A stretch of DNA of 64,000 nucleotides from Gekko japonicus (GCF_001447785.1 NW_015174861.1:424136-488135); one strand, 5' to 3'; counted from the first letter of the stretch, positions 24,701 through 39,700 are shown. A program made the numbers and translations. Notes: a model not told the origin generated them from the letters alone.

Positions 24701-27700
24701 AGATGCATTGGCTTCCAATTGCTTCCAGGCTAAATTCAGGATGTTGGTGATTACTTCAGAGCTCTTTATATCATTGGCTTCCCTCACACAATCCTACCCA
24801 TTTCCTGAGATCTGCAGGGGATAATCTGCTGATGGTTCCATTTAACATCAGGCCGGTAGCCACTTCCAGGCAAACACTATGTTCTGTAGACTGCAGGTTA
24901 TAGAAAATGTTGTCTTTTTTGTGGGATCTTATAGTCTTTAAGAAAGTATTACTTTGCCTTTTGTTCAGGCTGTTGATGTTTATATGTTTGGCTGACTGAT
25001 TAGGTTTTGTTGTGTATAGGTTTCATTTTTGTCTGAATTGTAGATATCTTACTGTTTTATTATCCTCTGTAGCTTAGTCTGGCAACTTTAGTGGAAAAGT
25101 GAATTCTGAACCTTCTACACAAGACTGTGTCTGGTCATGGAGAAAGAAAGGTTAAATAAAATAAATGATGTGGGAAAACATGTCCTGTCTTGCCAAAACT
25201 GCATACAGAAAATGAAGAAGCTAGTAGAATTATGTAGTACAAGAAACTTAAAAAGAGCAGAAGGAATAGGAATAAGATGGGTTAAGGAGGGGCTGTTTAT
25301 AAATAATAATACTTTGAAATCCATATTCCTTAACACAGATATGAATGTCTGAAGTACTCCATGGTGTCCAGGACCTCTAAGAGCTACAATAGAGCCTGTA
25401 ATGAAACACTAGTCACACCGTACATCTCCTGAAATATCAACCATTCACCTAATTAAGCCCCAAAAGAAAATGTTCAAAGCATATATTCAATATGATTTTA
25501 AAATATTCACAAGAGAGAACTTTTTGGAAATTATTATTACTCACCATTAGTAGTAAGAATGACAGGTCTCTTAGTAGTGGCCATGAATGTCTTTATTGCA
25601 TTTAGAAATCCAACATCTTCATCTAGTATTATATCAACCTATGAGAATGAAAGACCTTTAGCCATGCAATTGCTCTACAGAGTTTAAAGTATGTGTCTTA
25701 GCCAATTAGATAAGGCTCTGGTCCATTATTTCTTTATTTCTCAGAGTGGAGAGGGGAGTGTCAATAGTCACCAGAGAATCTTAAGGTAAGTTGAATCTGT
25801 TCTTCGTACTTAAAGATAGCAACAGAGCACATGGGCACATGGGCAAAAGTATGACAAGGATGCATTAGGAGTGCTTTCTTTTGTTTCTCTTTGAGACAAT
25901 CAATGCTGGTCAGCTGTACACACTCTTGCCTCCCTGAACAGCATTGAACCATTTGCTTGAGAGCAGAGCAGGAAATTATTCCATACCTCTTCAAAGAGGA
26001 TGAGAGAAGTTGCACTTTTTTTACTTGATTCCTCTTCTCCAGTTCCCCTTTTCATTGATTTAATCTGATCTTTATCTTCAGATAAGCTTTCATTTCTTTC
26101 TGCATAGATAGAGCATACACGTACAAACAGAAAATAAAGATCCAGTCAAAACCAGCAGTGAACTACAAAATGTATCAAGCTTTCAAAAATCAATTTAGAC
26201 ATCTGTGATACCTGACCACAGGCACATATATACCAGAAGTGCTTTGTAGTTCCATTCCTTGTAGTTCAGATTTTACAGTGATCTACAAGTAGTATCCAGG
26301 CAGCATATGATTAGTTTGCTTAACCTTAAGTACATTTTCTTACTCCCTGACTTACCTGGTCCCCTGTGGTGATTAACAATCTCCTCAAGGTGATCAAGCC
26401 CATCCTCACAGCAGAACAGAGTCATTCATGCAGAACACACAAATATCATTGTCCCTCTATTCAGGGTTGAAGGGTAGAAGGGAGACAGAGCTCTTTGCAC
26501 AGCCTTTATGGGGGGGATATGGCTTTCATGTCCTGATCTAGTCACTCAATTATGCTACATGAGAGTAAAAGCCACCCAGCTTTCATATCCCTGCTCTGTA
26601 ATAAACATATGCTCATTCTCCAACATGAGCTAGAAGGTCTAAAACTAGAAGGGAGAATGGAAAAACTGTGCATGTAGCTTTCATAGTATGGCCCCATGAC
26701 AGCAAGTGGATAACTGGCAGCAGCAACAGCACAGGTGAAGAGAGGAAAGAGCAGTCACACACCTGCCCAACAATTAAGACTGCAATAGATGATTGCTTCT
26801 TATGACTGGCCACATACACTGTGCCTTCTACATTTACAAGTATACACTATGATTTTGTTCCCCATCTTCAAATAAGCACATACATGTTATGTTCAAGCCT
26901 ACCTTTGTTGTTTTCTTGCTGTTGTACTTTTCGTTCCTTGGAAGACATTTTGAAATAGCTTGTTAATGTTTTGGGTGCCAAGCTTTGCTTTAATCCAGCT
27001 CTTCTGGGGGAAACTGGAGGCTTCTTTGGAGACCACTCTTTTCTGGGAGGGAATTTTCCTGAAATACCCAGGGTACTTTAGTGTAGAAAACATTAACTTT
27101 CATATTATCCCCATATATTTGCATTACACCGTTTCACATAATTTCTTTTTTCTTTTTTTTTTTTTGAAAATCATATTTATTCTTGAATTGAATACATTTC
27201 ATCATGTATACAAATTCTACTTATAGATATAACAGCTTACAGAGTCTCACAACATCGGATTTGACATTTTAACTTTTCTTTAACCATTTATAGAACGTTC
27301 CCCACCTATTAAAGAATATCGTTGTATCTTTATATTGTAATATTGTGGTGAATTTATCAATTTCAATCATTTCTTGCATTTTAGAAATTAGTTCTTTTTT
27401 CGACGGTATTCCCCCTTGTTTCCAATTCTTGGCAAATAGGATACGTGCTGCTGTAATTATATATCCCAAAACATATTTTTGCTCCTTTGTATATTTCTCT
27501 GGTATCACATTTAACAAAAAGAATTCTGGAGCATATGGTATTTCTATTTCTAATATACCGCCCAGTATTTTATGTACTTTATGCCAGTATCGTTGGGTCA
27601 CAGCGCACCTCCACCACATATGGTAGAAGGTGCCTACATTATTTTTACACTTCCAACAGTTCTTGGACAAATTTGGATACCATTTCGCTAACTTATCGGG

Positions 27701-30700
27701 CGACCAATACCAACGGTGGAACATTTTGAATAGATTCTCTTTATAGGAAATAGATCTCAAATGCTTTGCAGCTGTCCATATTTTAGACCAATCTTCAATA
27801 ATGTAACCAAAGTCTTGCATCCATGTAATCATACAACTTTTTACCTCTTCATCTAGCTCATAGTTTACCAGGAATAACTTATACAATTTTTGTATTAATT
27901 TATCATTCGTAGAAAGCCATAATTTGTCTAAATCATTCTTTTCTAGATAAAAACCTTTCTTTTTATGTTTCACATAATTTCTAAAGAATTTATCCTTGAA
28001 ACTACTGTTCCAACCTGCTTGAAGCGCTGTGGCAAGGCAGAAGAAAGCTTTCGTCTTACTTTCATGACCTTCAGCTCTTCAAATAGCAGCTGTGTGGACC
28101 TACTTTTGGGGACTGGCTGTACATGTGGGAGAGGCAGCCCCAGAGAACAACATGTCCCTGTCCCTAGACCATGTTAAAACTTCCAGTGTGTGATTATTCT
28201 TTGGGAGAATGTGCATGAAAAGTTGAATGTAACCCAGGGAGAGTCTATGTGATCATATTGCTATCAGCTGTTGTTTGTATATTTATAACCAGGGGTCATT
28301 TCCTGCAGGAGTGCACAGGAGCGGAGCTCCGGCAGTAAAGAGCCCAGGGGGTGGGCACATGCAACAAGCCCCACCCCCTGCTCCTAGCAGCCCCAGGCCA
28401 CGAGGAACAAGAAGCTTCTTTTCTTTCTTTCTCTTTCTTTCTTTCCTTCCTTCTTTCCCTTTCTCTCCTTCTTTCCTTCTCTCCCTCTTTCTTTCCCTCC
28501 TTCATTCCTTCTCTTTCTTTTCCTCCTTCTTTCCTTCTCTTTTCCCCTCCCTCCTTCCCTCCTTCTTTCCTGCACAGATCTGCATGTCCCCCCCCAGCTA
28601 GAAATCCAAAACAGTCCAGTGGCACCTTTAAGGCCAAGGTTTATTCAGGTACAAGCTCTCCCTCCTCTGCTAGGGCAGATCTGCGCATCCCCCCCCCCCC
28701 ATAGGTAGCAATCCAAAACAGTCCAGTGGAGCATGAGCAGTGGGTGTTGCCTTCTGACACACTTTTGGTGATGTCAGGGGGTGTGACATATGCAAATGTT
28801 ATGCTAATGAGTTCCTGCACCTCTTTTTCTACAAAATGACCCCTGTTTATAACTCAAGTTTCCGTGATGATACTCATGGCAGCATGCACAGGGCTTCTCA
28901 GGCACTCTCCCATCCAAGCACTGACCAGACTGTTTAGTTTCAGCCGGGTTGCTGTTTCATGTGCTTTCAAACCATGGCCCTCTGGGGCTACGATTGAGAT
29001 TTCCTATGTAAAAATCTGGGTGGGCATTATATAGCACATAGCTTCTTTAGTTATTAACTGGGGCTTTGAAAACTATTTCTAGCTATTTTTCTTCACTATG
29101 CTACTGATAAAACGAATAAGTTTCTTACTTGGTGATTTAGTACTGTTAAAGAAGCAGGGCTTATGGGCGTTTACACCTTGCTTGTCCACCTGGTGAGACT
29201 GAGTAGCTTCCTTCAGCTGAGAAAGAATTTGCCTTCCACTGCGCTGGCAAGAAGCATTAACTTCAAATATCTGCAGGAATATGGTTAAAAGATTAGGCAT
29301 AATACCAACATTACTTTGCCAGCTGACATTAAATTAGGCAAGTAGCTACGCAACCCAAACCTTGAAGCCAAGCTCTTGTGCACAAGCATAAACTGCTGCA
29401 GTCTTTCCAATGCCTGGTGGCCCAATTAGCAGCACGGTATTGCATAGTTCAGTCTCTTCATCACTGTATGATTTGTCATCTTTAAAATCCATGCTGTCGA
29501 AGGATTCTAGGATATTAAATAAAAATATGTTTATCCAGTTGCAAACTGGAACAGAAAACACAGAATGTGTAAATCTAGAGGAACTTTTATCTATGTGATT
29601 GCCTTTAATATTTTACTTACCCTAAAACTGAAATCCCACTGGTTAACCTTCTCTGGGCTCTCAAAACAGCTCATATTAAAATTCAAACTCTAATGCTAAT
29701 TAGCTCATATTAAAATTCAAACTCTAATGCATTGTGTTAAAACTAGTTGCATTGTGTTAAAACTAGTATTTTCCAGAGTACCTTGCTGACTGCCACTTTC
29801 TTCTTCCTCTTGGGCTCTGTTTTCTTCCAAATAAGTCCTTTTTTTCCATTCACTCAGCCACCTAAAACAAACAAACAAAAAAACAGTACTGCATGCACTG
29901 TGATACACATTGAAATAAAACTTCAGAAGACTGCAATTTACCCTAGATGAACATGGGGGAAACTGTGTATGCCAGGGGCAGTTTTACATTTGGAAGTTCT
30001 TGAGTCAGACTGACTACTTTTTAAACTTAGTAGAGTCCTAACACCATGGTTAATAGACTGGGAGCAGGATTCCCCCTTCCCATGTGAAAATTCCATCCTC
30101 TTCTCCCTGGTCAGCAGCAGCCATGGTATAGTATGACATCTGGCTATTATTACACTGTAGATCAATGGATTAAGGACCTATAACTTTATCAATTATTTGA
30201 ATGCATGGCTGTGTCGGACTATTAAGGGTTAATGCCTCACAGAGTCTGAGAACCTTTGAGTGACAGGCTGTTCAAATGGAATTCTGTGGAGAGCTTGGGT
30301 TAAGAAATGACAGTTGAAGAAGAGACAGTTTAGCACTGACGAGGACTGGGAAGGAGGCAAGAGGAGTGAGAGAATCATAGAAGATACCCATTCAAAGTGA
30401 AAAGGGACAGAGCTTCTAGTCAAGAGAAGTAATCCCTGCCCAGTGAAAAGGGAGATAACGCTTAAAAGAGGAATGATCCCTGGTCTGTGCAGAGAGAAGG
30501 ACTTTGGGAACTATGTTGTACATTCCTGACTTCTAAATGTGAAGTGTCAGTGAAACTCAGAAACCTATGCTTGCAAGTTAAAGCAGAAACTGAAAAGAAA
30601 GCCTCTCTCCTCAGAGATTCAAAGACCTTGTTGAAAAGCAAAAACAGTTTTTGGCAACATATTAACTGGATTTAGTGTGATTACAAAGTTACCTCAGTTT

Positions 30701-33700
30701 TTATTATCAGTTCACCATCCTATCCCTAATTCCACCTGTCCTTTCCCCCTCCAAGTTAAATAAAATATTTTGTTTACTTTTGAACTTTGAAAAGCCTCTT
30801 ATGTGCCATCACAGGAGCAGAATATTAGCAGATGATTTTGTCTCTTCTCTCAAGTCCTGGGCTGGGCCAGCATCAAAATATATAATAATGTGACAGGGTA
30901 GGACAGCCATAGACCAGCAAATAAGAACAAAACAGATATAGGGGCTGCTCAAGCAAGCAAGAAAGAAGAAACAAAGGGAAAACCCTGTGCATGAGGGAAG
31001 AAAGAGGGTGAGATTGCCATAATGGCATATAGACAACAATTGTGTATGCACTTATTTTTCGATATCTGGAAAACATTTATAGAAACTTGTGTACTTTATA
31101 TATATACTTTTAAAAAATTTGTAGCTGGATCTTGAGTATTTTTCTTTCTTATTCTATTTTTGAAAGAAAGAAAGAAAAATTAGCCAGAACTAACTTCAGC
31201 CAGACTGCTGACTAGCACTATACACCATTATATAAGCCTGGAAAGAATTCAGCTGTTGCAACAATCACTTTAAAAAATTCAAGAAGTTCAATCATTTCCA
31301 ACCTGTGTAGTTTTTTAATTGCTGCAGTGTTGCCTATTAGCTCATTGGAGTTCTGTGGCTGATATTTCTCTGTCCAGAGCACATCTTCATTGGCAGAATC
31401 TGCAGTCATAAACACAGAAACTACCCGTTTTAGTGTGCAAGACCATAACTACACGCTTACCATAACCAGCATTCAGCAAGCAGCTGAAAATGTCTTCATT
31501 CTTACTTGGAGCCTACTAATTTCATTTTAAAAAAAATAGCTTTAGCTACACAAAGGATAAAATGCCTTATTAGTTGATCTTGTCTTAATTTTATCTTTTG
31601 ACAAAACAGACATATCCTCAAACTTTTTATTCTAAAGTAGTCCTATTGATTTCAAGCTACTCCAGAGCACTGGTGCTACTATTGGTTATGCAAGCCAAAG
31701 TTTGAAAAAAATATGTTTTCTATTATATAACAAATTAGTACCATAACATTATTAGTGACTTGAACCAAGGACCCTGCCAAAATCATGTGTGTATGTGTCC
31801 CATTCCCTCCTCCATTAACCTTTACCACAGCGTTAGCTGCAGAAATCAGTTTCAGAGGGTTGGTAGATCCTATAGCTTATGAAGGATGCAAAACAGTGGA
31901 GGGCGAATGGTACAGCAGTCCCATCCTTTGCATGATCCATCTGTGCAGCAGAATCAAAGCCACTATGTATGTGTTTAAGTAAATCATTCTACTAATCTTA
32001 TGTAGATCCATTCAGACTGTGCTCCAACAAGGTTCTCAGTGGATTAGTAGTTCCTCAATATGCTGCATCTTCATCAAATCCGCACAAGAGTTGTCATATG
32101 GAGTACAATGAGTAATTCATGACTACAACTAGGATTTTTTGCTGATTCCCCCCCCCCTTTGCAGGAGACCTCCAATTTCCCTCCTTAAGCTATTCCTGGG
32201 GGTCCCCCCTGCATTTAGGGATGGGGTTCCACAGAAGGGGGGATCTGCAATAATCACCCTTTCCTTGAACCCATGGAAATCTAGGCAGGACCAACCCTGT
32301 GATAATGGGACTACCTTCCCAACATTTTCTAAAGCATTATGGACAAAAGCATAAAAAGTTACCAGAAATAGAACTTATTTCCGTGTTCACATCACCATCT
32401 TCTATTGTTATAATTTCAGGGGGTTCAGTCTCATCTGTGTCCACTGTGTGGGTTTTGTTTTCCATGCCTTCTTGTTTTACACACAGTTCTTTGGAAGCTG
32501 TATCGGACAGTTTCACATCTGCCTTTTCTGTCTGTTTCCTTCTTTTGTGTTTATGGCCCTCAGTTTTTCGTTTTCTTTTGTTCTCTCGCCGATTGTCAGA
32601 TTTCATGCTTGCCCTGATTACAGCTTCACATTTGTTTACTAGTCAAAGGAAAACAAAACATAGATCAGGTCAAGCAGTCTTAGCACTTCTCATGGTTACC
32701 TCTACCAAATAATTTGTACATGGTTTACTCACAAAGACTCTTGATCTAAGGCACTGTACAACATCTGTCAGCTCCCCCTTCCACTGACAGCTGTTTTTTT
32801 TTAAAAAGAGATATACCCAAAGACATGTAAACCCTCAAGAACAGCACCAATAAGGTGCAATGGACTGCTGCCAGGAGAGGAAAAAACTGTACATGCAGAA
32901 GTACATAAACCTCTCCAAACCTGGCCAAGATGAAGTTGTGTAAGCAAGTAAATTGAGTAAGCATTTAGGTTGCTACTTATGTCTGTGTTCTGATTTCAAA
33001 TTATATATGTTGCTAACCTTGTTTATTAGTTTCAGGAGTGATTTGTTTTTTCAGGAGTATATCAAAAAACCTTTTTGCAGGAAACTGGGGGTTAGAAGCC
33101 TTTATCTCTTCCAACAAACAATTCCTCAGTGTTTCAGAAAGAACTGGCCGCCAACCAGATGACTGCAATTAGAAAAATAACAAATGTTACTCTAAGAGTG
33201 AAAAACATAGCATATAATAAACCCAGGAAATCACATAGGCTGTGCAATTTTAAAGCAGGACTTGAGTAGAAGAAAGTTAGTTTAATAATATATGAAATTT
33301 ATTCACAAAAGCTGGACAGAGTAAAATGATTTACAAAGTACTAACCGTAATAATTGCAGAATCAGTGCTATTAGACTGAGCTTTTAAAACTGAAAATTCA
33401 CCAAGTGAGAAAGTACACTGTGCAATGTCAGTTACTTCCAAATTCTCTCTTAGATTAGTTAAGAGAGGGCAAGAGGGTGGTGTCAACTTCCACATCAAGC
33501 ACGCTACAAAACAAAAAAAGCTCAGTTAGCAGAATTAATAAATATATCAATGGATATATTGTGATCAAGTGATCAAAAAGTATTAGCAGTTTGCTGACAG
33601 ACTCATCACTTAACTAAAAAGCTGGTATATTAACCTGGATACAAAATGCCTATATGCAAGTTCTTTGCTATCCTGAACACTTCCAAAAATTAATCTTTGC

Positions 33701-36700
33701 TTTAAAAAAACTATACTGCACTTCAACTTCTAAACTGTTCTTGTCCTTGCCATCCTTAAAAAGAGGTCTCTCATTATGATTTTTCAGGCTCTATTGTTCT
33801 CCTGATGCAACTCACATTCAGGAAAGGATAAATATTAGCCCTATAAAATCCCATCTCCCTTTTCTATTTTTCTTCCGTAGAAAGCAAATATACACATTAT
33901 CTTAGATCTATTTACCTCCTCAGTGTTCTCCAAAGAAAAACAATAATTTCCTTGACCCTACAATCGCAAGCAGAATTTTAAACATGCTACTTGTTTATTT
34001 GCCTTAATGTATAACGCTGATGTATTTGTTTTGCTTCTGCAGTGGAAGAAGAGTGCCAACAAACTTTTCCCGAAGGTAAAAAAAAGTCCATGCCTCAAGT
34101 AATCAATACTCACCCTCATCCTTCTGCTGCACATGGCCCACTGTTCGAAGACAGGAATTTGTTGCAGAATATGCTTCCAAAGCTGCTGCTTTCTTTGCAA
34201 TTTGCCTTTTCAGCGACTCTGGCAAACCACTCATCAAAAATTTACGTTTTGCTTTGAATTGCTCATCATCTTGAGAATTTTCAGATTCATCTTCACTAAG
34301 GGAAATAACCCAATGTCGTGGATAGACGTTTAGTATTAATATATTAATTACAGTGTGTGTGTGTGTATGTGTATATATATTCCCTTTACTCCAGTGATTT
34401 TCAAACTGTATTCAGAGCTATCTTGGAGTTCCTCAGAAGCTTGTCAAAGGTTGTCTATGAGAAGATTAGTGGAAGATTATAAACTGAATGACCGTTTATA
34501 ATGTTGTAATCTGCTTTGAGTCTCACAGAGAAAGGCTATGAATGAAATAAACTAATAAAATACTAATCTTTATCTGCAGTATAAAGCCACGAAGGGGTGT
34601 TGGTGAATTCTAGAATGTACTCACAAGTTCACACTGGATAGAGGCATAAAATGCCAAAGAATCCTCTAAATGCCACAAGATTCCCCAAAGACTCTGATGT
34701 GGAAGGAAGTTTGAAAATCACTGTATATTAAGCAGACACATTTACCATTGTTGAAGCAACATCATACTCTCCTCTGGAGTTTATCACCAGCATTACATTT
34801 AAAAATACACTTTTTCAACTTTTGTTAAGTGCCACATACGCACACAATGCAGATGAATTCTTCTTTATCAAAAATGCTTGTTATTTCAGGTTGAAAAAAT
34901 ATTCACTTGACCTGAAGTAGCAAAATGTAATTTGAAAGGAATATCTTGCAAGCTACAATAATTATAAGCACATGAAAGCTTATACCAAGAATTAAACTTT
35001 GTTGGTCTTAAAGGCGCCATTGGACTCAAACTTTGTTCTATTGCTTCAGACCAACACAGCTACCCACTTAAATCTATGGGCAACAAAGTTTCAGACAGAA
35101 GCAACACAACCTGGCTACACAGTTTCAGGATCAAACAGAAGAAATGATTAATAGCAGGCCTTTTACAGACTCCCGGGGCCAGCCCACAACATCACATAGC
35201 CTTACCATAACACTACTGAAGGATCCCTGTTAACTAGGACAGTACTATAGGAGGCTTATGTGAAGCACGAAGCAGCACTGGCTTGATACATGAAAAGTTA
35301 GCAACAGCCTCCAGGAAGAAACATCCAGGAAGGATACTTCCACTGCCCTATGATAGTCAATTAGCATGAGCAGTGTAAAGTACAATAGGCTTGAACTGGC
35401 AAGTAGGGATGTGCAACATGGAAAAATATTGGTATTTTTTTGTTCCGGACATCAGGGAGCCAAAAAATGTCGGTATTTCAAGTTATTCAGGTTCTATATA
35501 CCAGTTTGGTATTTGGATCTAGGGTTTTTTTGGGGGGTATTCCGATATTATTTGGCTCCATTATTCCTTCTAGGGAATCATTCTGGGGGGCTGGAAGGGC
35601 TGTTTAAGCAAATGGCACCAAAATTGCAGCAGAATTGCAGTAGTGTTCCCTCTAAGCTGAGTTAGTGTGAGCTAGCTCACAGTTTTTTAGCCTCCGGCTC
35701 ACCCATTCTTGTCTTTGCTCAGGAAGGATGGCTCCAGAGCAAACTAATTTATGTAGCACCCATTCTTGTCTTTGCTCAGGAAGGATGGCTCCAGAGCAAA
35801 CTAATTTATGTAGTAGCCAAATCGCTAACTCACAACTTTAATGCCAGTAGCTCACAAAACAGAATCTTTGCTCACAAGACCTCACAGCTTAGAGGGAGCA
35901 TTGGTGCCTGTCCACTCAACAACTCCCAACTGAAGAATTGGATCTATGGGCCCTTGAACAAGGTGCCCCCAGCCATCCTCCATTGTTTCCTATGGGGGGA
36001 AAATGCTATGTTTTCTCCAGGGCAAACAATAACCAGCAGAAGCATGGGACAACATGGAAAGCCTAACACAGAGAATCCAAGCCAATACCAAATCAGAGAA
36101 TCCAACACAAGCCAACTTGTGCAAAGATCACAATGTAGCAACTTGCAAGACTGACAGAGCCAATTTCAAAGCACAGATGCCAAACCAAGCTGGCAAGCAG
36201 ATACCAAGTCCCAGCAAGAAGACAATGACCCAGACACAGAAAAATTAAAGAAAAAAACAGTCCTGAGAGCCTTAAAACACTGGTCCCAGATATTCCCAAA
36301 TTACTCCTAAATATTCTGAGACCCATTTACTGGTATCCCAGATACCACCCGGACTCCTGACTATAAGGTATTTTTTGGATATATATTTGGACTGGAAATA
36401 TCCACATGCACATTACTATGGTTAACAATTGGTCTCAGAAGCTCTTTATTTTACTTTCATCAGCTGTTCTACCAAGTTAAATTGCACTGGGGTGAAATAA
36501 TGCAGAAGTGAAGTCTGAGTGAGCACAAGTTTCTCACTCTTCACCCACACCACACACACACTCTCAAGTCTCCCTCTTGTGCCTACAGGGGTCTTCTTGG
36601 TGAAACGGTGTCACTATGCTAGTCTAGATTCCCCCACATATCTTTTGGTTCTGCCAGCACAGAAGGATTTAGGATCAACCTGAGGATCAGATCACAATGT

Positions 36701-39700
36701 TCAACTAAAGCAGCAAATATACAGCAGAAGAACGCAATTTAAATTTAAAAATACAATAGCTTCCACAAACCATTTCATTTCTCCATAAGCTCATAAACTG
36801 ACCTGCTTTCATCAGAGATCCTGATGGTTTCAACTGCAGGCTTCTGAACCTTTTTCCTGAATAACGAAGACACTTTTTCTTTGCCTTGAAAACGATATAT
36901 TGCTAGATTAGTATGGATTTTTATATTCTTAGCATATAACAAGGTCATGGATCCTTGTTAAAATATTAACATGAAAAGGCACATGCTAGTACTCTCTCTC
37001 TCTTATTTTTTTAACTAATTTCTGTTCTTAAGCAAAGGATTCCCAATGACAATGATCTCCTGTTTTGAAGTTAGTTGCTGTAGTCCATGTATATTGTGTA
37101 CACGGAGGTTTTTCTTTTACCACACACAAAGTAATGCCTCTCCTCCCCAGTTTCTCCCTTCTCACTGCCCACATGGAGACTTTTGTTGTTGTTGCCATAT
37201 ATATATGTGTGTGTGTGTGTGTGTCTGTGTATATATATATATGTGTGTGTGTGTGTGTATAAATAAAACATTTTCTCATCCCTACACAACAGGACGCTAG
37301 AGAAGAGTAAATATATTTCAGACTACTTCAGCAAAAGCAAACCATTTAGTCATTGGTACCGTAACTAAGGCTGCGGTCATAAGAATACTGTTTTGGGAGT
37401 AAATCCCACTGAGTAACATACAACTTACTTTTGAATAGAGCTGCTTAGGATTGCTCCATGAGTTTAGTAAAAGTAACTATCAAGTTTCTGCCTGTCTGCT
37501 ATCTCCTTTAGGTGCAGCCTTCAATAAAAAGCACTCAGTATGTCAGATTTTTAGAATTCAGGCCAAAAGCCCTTTGTTGCCTTAGATGCTTGTAAATAAT
37601 AGATTTCCAGGCACAAAACGATGTTTGCTTTTAACCATTTCTACAAATGGAACAAAACTTCTTGAACTAAGCTCAGGCAGTCAGCCTATGTTTACATATT
37701 TACAAAATATGTTAAACTTTTAATGTCTAAGAGGATGCTTTAAATAGCTATAATAGTTAGATTAAAATTAGCTACCACTTGATTTTTTAGTTGCTTTTGT
37801 ATTTCCAGCCTTTTTTCCCAAAACATCATTCAAATTTTGAAGAATCTTCTGCTTCTCCATAACTTCTGATATAGTAGTAACATCGCTTGGACTCGAATCC
37901 AAAATAATCACAGATTCCTGAATAAAAACAGAAGAAATATTACATATTTTTAAACATTACACAATGAAAAAGATGTCCTAACCACTTGTATAAAGCTTTT
38001 CTGAAAAATAATTACTCCTACATTCTAATGCAATGCACATGGATCCTTGTTGGAGAAAGTCCTCCCATTTATCTCACTGAAGGATGAGCCGTCATCCAAC
38101 ATCGTCAGTAAATATTTGGAGGTGTCTCTAACAAGCAAATAAATGTGGAAGCCCACACTGTGCTCACACTAGAACCCTATAGAGATTTGGGTAGGGTTGT
38201 CATACATACTGTATTGTTGCTACCATGAAACCTCTAAAGTGTTCATGTTTTTTCAACATCCAACAAAGGCCCATTCCACATGTGTACTTTACCTTGGATA
38301 TACAATCATTTAATGACATTTCCAATTTTTTGTTCCGCAACTTGTTTTCTCCATGCTGCGTCAATGTTGGGGTTTCCTTGGGTTTTTTGCACCCCCCGCC
38401 CCAAGAATACTTAATAGGCAATTTTATTTTCAAACCTATTGCAAGTCAGCTTGATTCCAGTGCGAAATGCTGGAACTGGTATTTTTCCCAGCAGAGATGT
38501 GGGCCCCCTTTTGAACATCCTCCTCTGTATCCATGCTTCCTTTTACCCTTTTCCATCCTCCTTCCCCCTGCTCTCTCCTCTCTGGCTGCAATTTTTTTTT
38601 TTTGTCATAAGAGAGATTAGCGATAGTGAATGTATAGGTAAGCACTATGTTTTCAGATGGTCATGCATGCGATAATGTGTTAATGTGTTATTTTAAATGC
38701 AACCATTCACCCCCAACAATTTTTATAATTCTTATTCTGAGTCTGGATTATTTTGATGTTTTTCCTGCTACCTCTGAGTCTGCTCCCAGGTTGTCCCTTT
38801 ACTTGCATCATACCAATGCCATCAATGTTCACTAACGTTCACTAACATGATATGTTTGAGAAGTTTCTTCTTTCCTGCTATGCTAATTTCTTCAGCAGTA
38901 CATGATTTCATGTCCCCCCCCCCTTACCTATTCCGATCTTTGGTTTTAGTAATCCCATTCACCCAGGGCTATCTTTACGACAGGCTGATCCCTTCACCCA
39001 GGCTGAGCAGTAATTTTTAGTACTATTAGGCTTGCAATAATGCATGGTCATCAGTGAGGGGGAAATTTTCATGTTATTTTGCTATACATATCACTCTTAT
39101 GTTTATTGCAATGGACTTTCATTGGTGCGTTATTCAAAACGGCGCATCCACGTAGCTGTGGAATTTTTTTTAAAGAGGTGGGTTGAAAATTATTGTGAGA
39201 ACACCTATCCACTCTGGAAAAAAGTGCAGGAGGTTTAACAAGTGACGTGGTGGGTGATTTAGTGCTAGAGCACAGTATCACTAAGGTGCCTGCACAAATT
39301 TTAAAAAGTGGAAGGTCATCTGATGGCAGTGATGACGACATTGCTGATGTCAACCGCCCTTGAATTTCAAAACTGAACACTGTGCCCCAGTGCAAAAAAC
39401 AACAACAAATTTAAAGCAGGAAATACTATGGAAAACAGGACAAGGTGCGGAGTGCTCAATTCCAAGAAGATTCCATAACTTGGAGATCAACTACACAGAA
39501 GATCAGGAGTAAGGTCAATACGGAGAACAGGCCAAAATCTGATCCTCTCTACAGCACTAGTGTAGAGCTGAACTAGAAAATTGAGTTCAGTTCCTGTTCA
39601 GCCTTGAGCAAGTCACACCTTCAGCCTCAGTTCCCCATGTGTTATATACAAATAGCACTGGGGTATTCTTGAGAAGGTATATGGATGAAAAGTACATTAC

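Noticed and set aside
26899-27093. Track ORF overlapping ATAD5 exon 15
   Set aside because: Wrong frame; the real exon reads KFPPRKEWSPKKPP in another frame.
28275-28704. Phe/Ser/Leu-rich and Glu/Lys/Arg-rich ORFs
   Set aside because: Translations of the CT microsatellite.
30210-30812. Possible solo LTR, with similar candidates near 23495-23730 and 26345-26600
   Set aside because: LTR-like composition, but termini and TSDs could not be established.
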